Assembly: GCA_026003195.1 (NCBI GenBank)
Contig: BPGU01000003.1
Coordinates: forward strand, 785,086 to 849,085
Direction of reading: 5' to 3'
DNA: 64,000 bases
From: Armatimonadota bacterium
Lineage (GTDB): Bacteria > Armatimonadota > HRBIN16
Made by a program: the position numbers and the translations under genes. The notes beneath the pieces were generated by a model. It was not told where the DNA came from, did no database searches, and saw only the letters and a program-made list of their open reading frames with translations. Below are positions 1 to 9,477 of the stretch, piece after piece (position 1 is the first letter of the stretch; each line of letters starts with the position of its first letter).

Positions 1-1
1 G

Positions 2-2890
2 CGTGAAGCCATCGGTCAACCCTTCGGATTGCTGACCGGCTGGCTCAACGATACCCTGCGCAGTTCGCGCGATGTGCTGCTCGGCAACGTACCCTGGTGG
101 GCACATGTGCTCAACTTCATCGGCTCTGTCGCGGACGGGCTGCTGCCTGTAGGCAAGGTAGCTCAGTATGCAACCACCCAGGTGGTGTGGTTGCGTGTGG
201 ACGGTGCGCGCATGGCTATCTGGCAGTACGACCTGATGGGTCAACCGGAACCCGCATGGCTCCAGTACTGGATTGGGCGCAACCTGCTGAACGAGATAAC
301 CAGCTGGTTGACCGGCACCGGTGGACGAGGCGTTTACGGAGCACGCACTCGCCAGGCGGCGCAGTTCGAGGCGGCGGCACGACGGCTCGCCGCGCTGATG
401 AACAGCGACCAGATTACTCCTGAGCAGCTGCAGACGGCGGTCAACGAGTTCATCGCTGCTACCGCGCAGGTGAACGAGCGCATTCGCGCCCGCGAGCAGG
501 TGCTCAACCAGAACTGGCTGGACGGTTCCGCCATAGACTCCAGCTTTTCCGCACAGGCAGGAGCGGCGGTGGACATCGTGGATCGGGGCACTGCCCGTCG
601 GATGCAGTTGCTGGCGGCGGCTGCCGGATTCATCGAATCCTCTGACCCTGCGCAGGCGGCAAACGCCCTGCAAACCTACAACAACGCGCTGGAGGAAGCC
701 ATTGCGCTCACCGCAGCCTCCGAGACACAGGTGGAACAGGCAATCCAGCGCATGCAGACCCTGGGCGTGCAGGTTCCCGCCGTGCTGTATGTCAGCGGCA
801 CAGCCACGCCGCAACCTGATGGCACGCAGCAGGTGCAGGTGGTAGTGCGCAACGAAGGCGCAGCCCTCTCCTCGCCAGCGAACGTGCAGATACAGGTCTC
901 CGGGGCGTTTGACCTGGTGTCGGCGGGAACGGCATCTGTGCCCGCACTGGCACCGGGGCAGCAGTTCCCGTTCACCGTCATCGTCAGCCATGTGCCGGCA
1001 CGAGGCTCTACAGGCATGGTGGTGGTGAGCCTGCTGCAGAATAACGTCACGGCATCCACCGGCTGGATACCGTTGAGCAGCGTGGATACCATTGCGCCTC
1101 AGGTGATGGCGATGGCGCCCGCCTCCGGCGAAACGGTGCGCTCCGCGCAACCGCTCATCCTTGCCCGGGTGCTGGATAGCGGCGGGATCAACCCGAACAG
1201 CCTGCAGATGCTGCTGGATGGCAATCCCGTCGCCGCCGCCTACGATGCCGGTAGCGCCACCGTGCGCTATCAGCCCCCCTCCGCGCTGAGCGAAGGTGAG
1301 CACCGTGTGCGGGTGTCCGCCGCGGACCTGGCGGGCAACGTGGGCAGCGTGGAGTGGACGTTTACGGTGAACCTGTCAGCGCCGGTAGAGTTCAAGGACG
1401 TGCAGGTGGGTCCCGACCCGTTCAGCCCCAACGGCGACGGCATCGACGACGCTGTGAGCGTACAGTTCAGGCTCACCGGTGAAGCGCCTGTGCAGGTGCT
1501 GGTACTGGATAGTGCCGGACAGGTGGTTCGCACGCTGCACGCGCTCGCGCCCATGCCCGCCACACCGCAGCAGCTGAGTTGGGACGGCAAAGATGACGCA
1601 GACCAGCCGTTGCCCGCTGGAACCTACAGCATCCGCCTGCACATCCCGGCGCAGGACACGCAGACCGAACAGGTGGTAGAGAAGACAGTACAGCTGGCTC
1701 AGGGGGCACTGACCATCACTGGCGTCTCCCTCTCGCGTCAGCAGTTCAAGATTGGGCGCGAGGCGGTCACCCTGCGCTTCAACCTGTCGCAGCCTGCCAA
1801 CGTCACGGTGAACGTGTTCGCCGGAACGGACACGAGCGACACCGGCGCTATCGTCCGACGCTTCACCTTCGAGCCGCGCAACGGGCAGCTCAGTGTGACG
1901 TGGAACGGCACCGGCGATAACCGTCTGTTTGTGGCGAAGGGTATCTACACTTTCCAGATAATCGCCGAGTCCGGCCTGGAACAAACGACGCTGGACAAAG
2001 CCGCTCAGGTGAACGCTCTGGGGCTACCCAACCTGAGACCGACCCAGCTGCTCGCCGATGAAGCGGATGGGAAGACCCGCTTGAGCGTGCGGGTGGTCAA
2101 CGAAGGCGAAGAGCCTGCCGGCAACGTGGCGGTGCGCTTGCTATACGGCTCGCAGCACATCGACGAGGCAAGCATCGATAACCTGCAGCCCGGTCAGCAG
2201 CAGATAGTATCGGTGCTGTGGGATGCGCATCGGGGACTGCTCACCCGTGACCTGACGGTAGTGGTAGACCCCGATGACACGGTGGAGGAGATGAACGAGT
2301 ACGACAACACCCTGCAACAGAGCGTAGAGGTGGTGCCGCTGCGGCTGGGCAACACCTTCCCGACAGGTCTCTCTCTCATCTCTATCCCGATGCTTCCGCT
2401 GGACGCCAATCCAGCCAGCGTGCTGGGCGTGGACCCCGCGCAACTGCGCATCGCCTGGTGGGATCCGGCGGCGGGCACTTACCGTGTGGGCAACGACGTG
2501 ACCGCTCTGGAACCGGGCAAAGCGTACTGGGTGCGACTGCCTGCGCCGGTAGACCGCTTGCTGTCGGGAGTGAAAGCACCCAGCACCATCCGCCTGCAGC
2601 CCGGCTGGAACCTGTTCGGCATTCCGCAGGCGCAGGGCGCCGTGGTGTGGGACGTGCAGCAGATCCGCGTGCGCAAGGACGACCAGATACTGACCCTGGC
2701 GCAGGCACAGCAGGCAGGCTGGGTGGAAGACTACGCCTGGGGCTGGCAGCAGGACTCCGGTGACCCGAACAGAGGTTCCTACGTGCTCATCTACGACGCG
2801 AACCTGATACCGGGCATCCAGAACACCCTGCAACCGTGGAAGGGCTACTGGATCAAGGCGAACGTGGAATGCGAACTGATACTGCCCTAA
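2..2890 (+). CDS. large secreted/cell-surface multidomain protein (Ig-like, FlgD-Ig-like and CARDB-like beta-sandwich repeats); N-terminus probably outside window
   Basis: 953-codon ORF (track 29..2890) whose frame stays open back to base 2. Contains Ig-like segment DTIAPQV...VEWTFTV, two FlgD-Ig-like segments (GPDPFSPNGDGIDD...LSWDGKDD..AGTY) and a CARDB-like segment (VVNEGEEPAGNV...VDPDDTVEEMNEYDN). Confidence 0.8.
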   Translation, partial: REAIGQPFGLLTGWLNDTLRSSRDVLLGNVPWWAHVLNFIGSVADGLLPVGKVAQYATTQVVWLRVDGARMAIWQYDLMGQPEPAWLQYWIGRNLLNEITSWLTGTGGRGVYGARTRQAAQFEAAARRLAALMNSDQITPEQLQTAVNEFIAATAQVNERIRAREQVLNQNWLDGSAIDSSFSAQAGAAVDIVDRGTARRMQLLAAAAGFIESSDPAQAANALQTYNNALEEAIALTAASETQVEQAIQRMQTLGVQVPAVLYVSGTATPQPDGTQQVQVVVRNEGAALSSPANVQIQVSGAFDLVSAGTASVPALAPGQQFPFTVIVSHVPARGSTGMVVVSLLQNNVTASTGWIPLSSVDTIAPQVMAMAPASGETVRSAQPLILARVLDSGGINPNSLQMLLDGNPVAAAYDAGSATVRYQPPSALSEGEHRVRVSAADLAGNVGSVEWTFTVNLSAPVEFKDVQVGPDPFSPNGDGIDDAVSVQFRLTGEAPVQVLVLDSAGQVVRTLHALAPMPATPQQLSWDGKDDADQPLPAGTYSIRLHIPAQDTQTEQVVEKTVQLAQGALTITGVSLSRQQFKIGREAVTLRFNLSQPANVTVNVFAGTDTSDTGAIVRRFTFEPRNGQLSVTWNGTGDNRLFVAKGIYTFQIIAESGLEQTTLDKAAQVNALGLPNLRPTQLLADEADGKTRLSVRVVNEGEEPAGNVAVRLLYGSQHIDEASIDNLQPGQQQIVSVLWDAHRGLLTRDLTVVVDPDDTVEEMNEYDNTLQQSVEVVPLRLGNTFPTGLSLISIPMLPLDANPASVLGVDPAQLRIAWWDPAAGTYRVGNDVTALEPGKAYWVRLPAPVDRLLSGVKAPSTIRLQPGWNLFGIPQAQGAVVWDVQQIRVRKDDQILTLAQAQQAGWVEDYAWGWQQDSGDPNRGSYVLIYDANLIPGIQNTLQPWKGYWIKANVECELILP

Positions 2891-2904
2891 GGAGGAGCAA
2901 AGCC

Positions 2905-3339
2905 ATGCGAGCACGCATTCTGACAACACTTGCGGGGCTGGGGCTCATGCTGGCGCTGGGAGGATGCGGAATGTTCCTGTCGGGTGCGCAACCGATGACC
3001 CCGCCCAGCATCAGCAATCTGCAGATAGAACCCTCGCGCATGCGCTTTACAGGCGGACAGGCAACGGTCAACGTGGAAGTGCGTGATGACAACGGCGTAC
3101 GCGCGGTGACGCTTGTGCTTGTCGCGCCGGACGACTCTCGCTCCTCCCTGGCGATGGACAGTGTGGGGCAGGACGTGTATCGCGCTACCATCACCCTGCC
3201 CCCGAACTTGACCGGCAACGCCCGGCAGTATCAGGTCTCCATAGAAGCCGAGGACATCTTCGGCGTGCGCGCCCAGAGCAGCCCGATGACCCTCGAGGTG
3301 GAAGCGCTTGCTCTGCCACCGGGTGAACCGCCGATTTAA
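2905..3339 (+). CDS. small lipoprotein with Ig-like fold, unknown function
   Basis: ATG 2905 preceded by GGAGGAG (2891-2897). N-terminus MRARILTTLAGLGLMLALGGCG carries a lipobox Cys. The longer track start 2836 would overlap the upstream gene. Confidence 0.7.
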   Translation: MRARILTTLAGLGLMLALGGCGMFLSGAQPMTPPSISNLQIEPSRMRFTGGQATVNVEVRDDNGVRAVTLVLVAPDDSRSSLAMDSVGQDVYRATITLPPNLTGNARQYQVSIEAEDIFGVRAQSSPMTLEVEALALPPGEPPI

Positions 3340-3392
3340 GAGAAATGCAAGCACCGGCAGGTTTTCCCGCGTGGCAAGGTGTATCGTAACCT

Positions 3393-4589
3393 GTGAATTC
3401 GACCACCACTCGGGGGATATTCAGGGTGAACGAAGAACCCGACAGCCTGTCGTTTGAAGAAATATGCATTCACTGGGGCGAGGAGCCAGAGCGATACCTG
3501 GGCTCGGTGGTACCGCCCATCTTCCAGAACAGCCTGTTCACCGCGCCGAGCGTGGACGCACGGTCACGCAAGGCGGGACGATATATTTACACCCGCGAGT
3601 CCAACCCCACCACAGACATTCTGAACGCCAAAATCGCTGCGCTGGAGGGCGCAGAGGAAGCGCGTTGCTTTGCGTCGGGCATGGCAGCCATCAGCGCAGC
3701 GCTGATGTCGCAGCTGCGTAGCGGAGACCATGTGGTGTGCATTAAACATGTCTACTACCCGGCGCGGACACTATTGCAGGACTACCTGAGCCGCTTTGGC
3801 GTAGAGGTGAGCTTCGTGCATGGCATCCGCGTAGAGGATTTCGAACACGCTGTGCGCCCTAACACGCGCGTGTTCTATCTGGAAAGCCCTACCAGCATCA
3901 ACCTGTGGCTGCAACCGCTGGAGGAAGTATGCGCGTTAGCCAGAGAGCACGGCATCACCACCATTATCGACAACACCTGGGCAACACCCATCTTCCAGCG
4001 ACCGATACAGATGGGCGTGGACATCGTGGTGCATTCGGCAAGCAAATATCTCGGCGGGCACAGCGACGTGATTGCAGGTGTCGTATGCACCTCACGCCAG
4101 CACATTGAGGCGATTCACCGTGAGATGACCCTGATCGGCGGCATTCTGGACCCGTTCGCAGCGTGGCTCATCTTGCGCGGTTTGCGCACCTTGCCCACTC
4201 GCCTGCGCCAGCACCAGCAGAACGCCCTGCAGGTAGCGCAATGGCTTTCGGAACATCCTGCCGTGCACAATGTGCTGTATCCGGGCTTACCCTCGCATCC
4301 ACAGTATGACCTGGCACGTCGTCAGATGAGTGGATTCAGCGGGTTGCTCTCGTTCACGCTGAAGAACAACTCGCGTGAGGCAGCGGTGGGCGTGGTGGAT
4401 GCGCTGAGGATGTTCCATATCGGGGTCAGCTGGGGCGGTTATGAAAGCCTGGCGCTGCCCATGCTTATCGAGGACTACGATGGGCAACAGCGGTGGGGGC
4501 TAAGGGTGCATATCGGGCTGGAGCAACCGGAGAGCCTGATAGCGGACATGGAACAGGCACTGCGCCACGCAGAGGATAAGGGACGCTAG
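3393..4589 (+). CDS. Cys/Met-metabolism PLP-dependent enzyme (cystathionine beta-lyase/gamma-synthase family)
   Basis: 398-aa ORF with PLP-lysine motif [15 protein letters not shown] and family-typical YTRESNPT and GGILDPF segments. Start uncertain (GTG 3393 or GTG 3427). Confidence 0.85.
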   Translation: MNSTTTRGIFRVNEEPDSLSFEEICIHWGEEPERYLGSVVPPIFQNSLFTAPSVDARSRKAGRYIYTRESNPTTDILNAKIAALEGAEEARCFASGMAAISAALMSQLRSGDHVVCIKHVYYPARTLLQDYLSRFGVEVSFVHGIRVEDFEHAVRPNTRVFYLESPTSINLWLQPLEEVCALAREHGITTIIDNTWATPIFQRPIQMGVDIVVHSASKYLGGHSDVIAGVVCTSRQHIEAIHREMTLIGGILDPFAAWLILRGLRTLPTRLRQHQQNALQVAQWLSEHPAVHNVLYPGLPSHPQYDLARRQMSGFSGLLSFTLKNNSREAAVGVVDALRMFHIGVSWGGYESLALPMLIEDYDGQQRWGLRVHIGLEQPESLIADMEQALRHAEDKGR

Positions 4590-5725
4590 CCCTTCTCACC
4601 CTTCAGACCGCTGATGAACTTCTCGAAGAAGCTCTTCTCTTCTTCGGGCACATCGGTGAAGCGCTCGCCGCACGCCGCAGCGAACTGGCGCAGCAGTCCC
4701 CGCTGCACCTCGTTCAGGTGGGTGGGAACGTGGATGTTGATGTGCACCAGGAGGTCTCCTCTACCCTGTCGGCGATTGGGCAACCCTTTACCCTGCAGGC
4801 GAATCACGCTGCCTGGCTGGGTACCGGGCGGTATTTCCAGTTCCATATCTTCGTCCAGCCCGCGCACCTTTACCGTCGCCCCCAGCGCAGCCTGCGCAAA
4901 GGAGATGGTCAACTTCGTATGAAGGTTAGAGCCTTCTCGTTCCAAACGTTCGTGCGGGCGCACATGGAACACCACGTAGAGGTCGCCCGATTCGCCGCCG
5001 CGCCTGCCGGAATCGCCCTCGCCGAGGAACTGCACAGCGGTTCCGTCCTCCACGCCCAGCGGTACACGGATGTTCCGCTCCACCATCTGGCGCACCCGTC
5101 CTTCGCCACGGCACTGGGTACACGGACGCGAGATGACCTTGCCCTCTCCACGGCAGTTGGGACAGGTGACGACGGTGGAAATAGTCCCCAGCAAAGTGTG
5201 TTGTGTATGGCGCACGCGCCCGCTCCCCCGGCAGGTGGAACAGGTGGTTGGCGTTTCGCCCGGTTCCGCGCCACTCCCTTCGCAGCGCGCGCAGGTCTGG
5301 AAACGAGCATACTGGATGGTTTTCGGTGCGCCGGAAGCAATTTCCTCAAGGGTGACCTCTACATCCACGCGCAGGTCGTTGCCGCGCTGAGCGCGAGGTG
5401 TTTCCGTGCGCGCCCCTCCCGAGCCAAAGAACAGGTCGAACAGGTCGCCGATGTTGCCGAAGTCGCCGAAACCGAAATCGGGTTCCGCCGTGCCGCCGCG
5501 CACACCAGCCCGCCCGAACAGGTCGTAGGCGCGACGTTTTTCGGGGTCGCTCAACACCTCGTACGCTTCATTGATGGCTTTGAACTTCTCTTCGGCTTGC
5601 TTGTCGCCGGGGTTTACATCGGGGTGGTACTGACGGGCGAGTCGCCGGTAGGCACGCTTAATCTCCTCCGGCGTCGCGTCCCTGCTCACTCCTAATGTCT
5701 CGTAGTAATCCACCTCGCCCGGCAT
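4586..5725 (-). CDS. dnaJ: molecular chaperone DnaJ
   Basis: J-domain DYYETLGV...YHPDVNPGD and four CxxCxGxG zinc-finger repeats ([32 protein letters not shown]). Start set at ATG 5725 (MPGEVDYY); the 38-aa Arg-rich extension of the track ORF is discarded. Confidence 0.95.
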   Translation of the reverse strand: MPGEVDYYETLGVSRDATPEEIKRAYRRLARQYHPDVNPGDKQAEEKFKAINEAYEVLSDPEKRRAYDLFGRAGVRGGTAEPDFGFGDFGNIGDLFDLFFGSGGARTETPRAQRGNDLRVDVEVTLEEIASGAPKTIQYARFQTCARCEGSGAEPGETPTTCSTCRGSGRVRHTQHTLLGTISTVVTCPNCRGEGKVISRPCTQCRGEGRVRQMVERNIRVPLGVEDGTAVQFLGEGDSGRRGGESGDLYVVFHVRPHERLEREGSNLHTKLTISFAQAALGATVKVRGLDEDMELEIPPGTQPGSVIRLQGKGLPNRRQGRGDLLVHINIHVPTHLNEVQRGLLRQFAAACGERFTDVPEEEKSFFEKFISGLKGEKG

Positions 5726-5744
5726 CAGAACACCTCGCGCTAAT

Positions 5745-6272
5745 CTACTGCTCCGTGCTTTCCGCCTCGTTGTCGGTCTCCTCGCCGAAGAGACCCGGCT
5801 GGTCCTCCTCCGGGAGGTGCTCACTGGGTTCCTCTTCATCCAGACCCAGCACCTCGTCCAGATCCTTGGAGATGGAAAGGTCCTCCTCCTGCAATTCCAG
5901 CTCTTCCTCCTCTTCTTCCGCGACCTCGTCTATCACCTCGGAGCCTCCATGACCATTATCGGAACCTTTGATCTCTGCCTCGACCGCCATCGTTACCTTT
6001 GCCATTGCCTCTTCGAACTCTTCAGCAGTCAGCAAGGTTTCGGGGGCTTCCGGTTCCATCAACTCGGGCAAAGGTTCGGGGTTAAAGCTGGGTATTAGCC
6101 GTGCCGCAGCGATCTCTTCCAGTGCGATGGTCAGCGGGTTGCTGGAAGAGCTCTTCACCAGCGAGCGACGGGCGATGCCCTGCTCCTGGAGATTCTTGGC
6201 ACGCTTTGCTGCCAGTATCACCAGAGCGTACTTATTGAACTGGTTCAACCTGTCGGGGTTGGGTAGAATCAT
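5745..6272 (-). CDS. rpoZ: DNA-directed RNA polymerase subunit omega with long acidic C-terminal extension
   Basis: N-terminal [16 protein letters not shown] omega signature, followed by about 100 aa rich in E/D ([14 protein letters not shown]...). Lies 19 nt upstream of dnaJ on the same strand. Confidence 0.8.
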   Translation of the reverse strand: MILPNPDRLNQFNKYALVILAAKRAKNLQEQGIARRSLVKSSSSNPLTIALEEIAAARLIPSFNPEPLPELMEPEAPETLLTAEEFEEAMAKVTMAVEAEIKGSDNGHGGSEVIDEVAEEEEEELELQEEDLSISKDLDEVLGLDEEEPSEHLPEEDQPGLFGEETDNEAESTEQ

Positions 6273-6359
6273 GGTTGCGCAACCTCTTCTCCGTGTTCAC
6301 ATCCATGAATTATACCGCCTTTGTAGCCAATCGTCAACGCGCTGTTGGCTCAGGGCGAT

Positions 6360-7553
6360 TTAGTTCTCGGCGATCTCTCGCGCCAGATCAGCCCACTTCT
6401 TGAACCGGTGCCAGTGATCGCCTACCGTTTCCACGTCACACAGTTTCAGCACATGCACCGTGCCTTTCGCGGCTTCATGCCGCTGACGCAGCTCCTCGCG
6501 CATCTCCTGGTCTGAAAACTCGAACAACACTTTTGTGGGGTGCGAATGCACTTCCAGGGCAAAACGGTTACCCAAAACCCGCACCACAGGCTCCACGGGC
6601 GTCCACGGACTGACGTGGAACAGTCGCAGATGGGGCAAATTCTGGATGATAGCGGCTTTGGCGGAAAGGTCTTCGCAGCCATGATAATAAACCTTGCCGA
6701 ACAAAGCCGCGAGTCGGGCATTATACGGGTGCACAAACTCGGCGTACATGCGCGGCGACAGCGAGGCGGCAGATTGAGCGTGGATGTATGCCCAGCACCC
6801 ACTCAGCAGTTTCTCCTTGCCCGGCGGCACGGCGTCGTAAATCATGTGTATCGCCCAGCTTGCCTCCGCATCCACCGCGCCCGCTGCTTCTCTTGCCTGG
6901 TGGTAGCGGACCATGCCCTCCGTGATGAAGTGCATTAACCGGTGCACAAAGTCCGGGCGGTCGATAACGTCATACAACAGGTTGTCCATCCCGCGCAGGC
7001 GTACCGCCCATTCGATGGGTCCATAGTGCAGCTCGTCGCTATGAAACTGGATGGGTAACAAACCGCCCGTCAGCTCCGTTGCCTCTTCCAGGAGTTCGCT
7101 CTTGAGAGAGGGAACCTCCTCGTAGGGTGGATAGTGCAACTTCTCGAGGTCAGACTCTTCCCGTATCGGGGGGACAGGCTTGTAAGCTCCCCGTTCCGCG
7201 GTGCGAACTACCGGCAGAGCGACCCCCCAGAGCCGGTCGTCACCGGCAGGATGGGGTGTGTTCAGCCAGATAGTGGGCAGAAGCGGCTCGTCATCGGGGA
7301 TGTGTTGTGCTTTCCACAACTTAGCGCGCAGCTGCACTTCGATCAGCCGTGCCAGCCCCGTACGGTGCTGAAACTGGTCCGGAGAGACGATTTCCCGCTC
7401 CCAAACGCTGGTATACATGGCATAGTGCACCAGAGGTCGCGGCGGGTGCAGAGCGTGAAACTGCACCCACAAATCGCGTCGTTCTTGATGCTCCCGACTG
7501 CGGGACACCTCCAGCACCTGTTGAGCCAGGTCTACCAGCGCGCTATCCGCCAT
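6360..7553 (-). CDS. uroporphyrinogen-decarboxylase (URO-D) family protein, function unknown
   Basis: About 397-aa ORF starting at ATG 7553 (MADSALVDL). Overall URO-D/methyltransferase-like layout (inference from general similarity, not a catalytic motif). Confidence 0.55.
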   Translation of the reverse strand: MADSALVDLAQQVLEVSRSREHQERRDLWVQFHALHPPRPLVHYAMYTSVWEREIVSPDQFQHRTGLARLIEVQLRAKLWKAQHIPDDEPLLPTIWLNTPHPAGDDRLWGVALPVVRTAERGAYKPVPPIREESDLEKLHYPPYEEVPSLKSELLEEATELTGGLLPIQFHSDELHYGPIEWAVRLRGMDNLLYDVIDRPDFVHRLMHFITEGMVRYHQAREAAGAVDAEASWAIHMIYDAVPPGKEKLLSGCWAYIHAQSAASLSPRMYAEFVHPYNARLAALFGKVYYHGCEDLSAKAAIIQNLPHLRLFHVSPWTPVEPVVRVLGNRFALEVHSHPTKVLFEFSDQEMREELRQRHEAAKGTVHVLKLCDVETVGDHWHRFKKWADLAREIAEN

Positions 7554-7714
7554 GGTCTCCTCCCCCTGTTGTTCCTCGCCGCTGAATCCACAGCACAAAC
7601 ACGGGGCAGTTCGACGCGAGGTAGAAACGCTCCTGTGTGGTGCACATGGAAAAGACTATCTCGCAAAAAAAGTCATATAAAAAGACACAGAACCCTTTGA
7701 AAGACACCAAAATT

Positions 7715-7737
7715 AAATACAAAGTTATTTTGTATTT
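7715..7737. promoter_or_regulatory. perfect 9-bp inverted repeat AAATACAAA-N5-TTTGTATTT abutting the -35 of the hdr promoter (operator candidate)
   Basis: Arms 7715-7723 and 7729-7737 are exact reverse complements, and arm 2 ends 1 nt before TTGAAC. Confidence 0.45.
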
Positions 7738-7766
7738 TTGAACTGACGCAAATTGGCTCATATAAA
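7738..7766 (+). promoter_or_regulatory. sigma70-type promoter of the hdr-mvh operon
   Basis: TTGAAC (7738-7743), 17-nt spacer, TATAAA (7761-7766), inside a 30-35% GC island. Leaves a leader of about 230 nt before hdrC. Confidence 0.5.
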
Positions 7767-7998
7767 GTATCATTCCAAACGATCAGTGATTAGTTATTGC
7801 AAATGTAAGTAACTTTTCAGACTCATTTTGCCTAGTGATACATGATTTTTCGAAGTGTCGCGGTGATGAGAAGGAAGTGACCTCTTGCATGATGAAAAGG
7901 AAGGTGATATAGTGTAGATGATAGATTGAATACAGTAAAGTAGAGTGGTGCAGCAACTGCTGAAAGGTCTGATACTCCGAAGGGAAGGAGGCACGCCT

Positions 7999-8568
7999 GT
8001 GGAAAGGCAGATACGCTACCAGAGGGAGGCAGACCTCGAGTGGGCGCACGAGTTCACGAAACATCCTAACTGTGAACGCTTGTTGTCGTGTATTCAGTGT
8101 GGAACCTGCTCGGGCACCTGCCCTCTGTCCATCTACATGGACCTGACGCCGCGTCAGGTTATGGCACTGGTTCGTGAGGGCTTCCGTGAAGACGTGCTGC
8201 GCTCTAAGACCATCTGGCTGTGTGCCAGTTGCTACTCCTGCAGTGTGGAATGTCCTCAGAACATCCGGATTACCGACATCATGTACCGTCTGAAGCGCGA
8301 AGCCATCCAGAGCAATCTCTACCCGAAGCGTTTCCCTGTCCCCGTTTTGGCACAGGAGTTCTGCGAGCTGGTACGCCGCCGTGGACGAAACTCGGAGTTC
8401 TGGGTAGTGCTTCGCATGGCGCTTCGCTCGAACCCGCTTGTTCTCTTGAACATGGCGCGTACGGGATGGGACCTGTGGCGCACTGGCAGGCTGTCCCTGC
8501 GCATGGAGCGCATTCAGCGGGTGAACGAGCTGCAGTACCTTCCTACCGCATCCAAGGAGGTGGACTAA
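7999..8568 (+). CDS. hdrC: heterodisulfide reductase subunit C-like (2x[4Fe-4S] ferredoxin)
   Basis: CIQCGTCSGTCP and CASCYSCSVECP cluster motifs. GTG 7999 is preceded by AAGGAGG at 7-nt spacing; the track start 7945 has no SD. Confidence 0.85.
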   Translation: MERQIRYQREADLEWAHEFTKHPNCERLLSCIQCGTCSGTCPLSIYMDLTPRQVMALVREGFREDVLRSKTIWLCASCYSCSVECPQNIRITDIMYRLKREAIQSNLYPKRFPVPVLAQEFCELVRRRGRNSEFWVVLRMALRSNPLVLLNMARTGWDLWRTGRLSLRMERIQRVNELQYLPTASKEVD

Positions 8569-9477
8569 ATGCAACCCTCCGCTAAGTATCTGTATTACCC
8601 CGGCTGCTCGCTCAAGGGCACCGGCATCGCCTACGAAGAGAGTTTGCTCACCACCTTCCGTCTGCTGGAGATGCCGGTCAAAGAGCTACCCGACTGGAAC
8701 TGCTGCGGCGCCACAACTTACATGTCCATCAGCGAAGAGTCCGCAACACTGCTGGCGGCACGGAACCTTGCCCTGGCACGCCAGACAGGCTCCAAAGACT
8801 TGCTGGCTCCCTGCAATGCCTGCTACCTTACCCTGCGCAAAAGCCAGGAAATGGTAGCGCACTATCCGCAAATAGCTCGGCAGACCGAGCAATTTCTGGA
8901 GCAAGCGGGCTTGCCGCGCCTCGATTCGGTGCGTGTGAGACACCCTCTGGAGGTGCTCTATAACGATGTAGGACTGCAGCGACTGCGCGAACTGACGGTG
9001 CGTCGGCTGCAGGGTGTGAGAATGGCGTCGTACTACGGTTGCCAGGCGGTGCGACCATACGGAGAGGTGGACGATCCACACGACCCCACCCGCATGGACG
9101 AGATACTGAAAGCGGTGGGTGTGGAGGTCGTGGAGTATAGTCTCAAGACAAAATGCTGCGGCGGACCGCTCACCGGAACCATTCATGATGCAGGTGTTCG
9201 CCTGAACTACATCTTGCTCAAAGAGGCAGTGCGTCGTGGCGCGCAAGCCATTGTCACCATCTGCCCGCTTTGTCAGTTCAATCTGGACGCTTATCAGGCG
9301 GAGATACGCAAGCAAACCGGTGAACCGATAGACATGCCCATCCTCTATCTGACCCAGGTGGTCGGCTGGGCACTGGGCGGCGAGTTCCGCGAGCTGGGCT
9401 TGCATCGCGCGATTTCGGGCAGGAAGCTCGTTGAACAGTGGTTCACCGCGAAGAAGGAGGCGGAGACCTATGTCTGA
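8569..9477 (+). CDS. hdrB: heterodisulfide reductase subunit B-like (two CCG domains)
   Basis: Two CCG-domain signatures (DWNCCGA, KTKCCGGP). ATG follows immediately after the hdrC TAA. Confidence 0.9.
   Translation: MQPSAKYLYYPGCSLKGTGIAYEESLLTTFRLLEMPVKELPDWNCCGATTYMSISEESATLLAARNLALARQTGSKDLLAPCNACYLTLRKSQEMVAHYPQIARQTEQFLEQAGLPRLDSVRVRHPLEVLYNDVGLQRLRELTVRRLQGVRMASYYGCQAVRPYGEVDDPHDPTRMDEILKAVGVEVVEYSLKTKCCGGPLTGTIHDAGVRLNYILLKEAVRRGAQAIVTICPLCQFNLDAYQAEIRKQTGEPIDMPILYLTQVVGWALGGEFRELGLHRAISGRKLVEQWFTAKKEAETYV

Noticed and set aside
7852-7914. Mini-ORFs in the hdr leader (MIFRSVAVMRRK and MMKRKVI) that coincide with the purine-rich direct repeats, considered as leader peptides.
   Set aside because: They have no SD. 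Their length and content are explained by the repeat itself, and nothing indicates attenuation logic. The repeat is reported as DNA/RNA structure instead.
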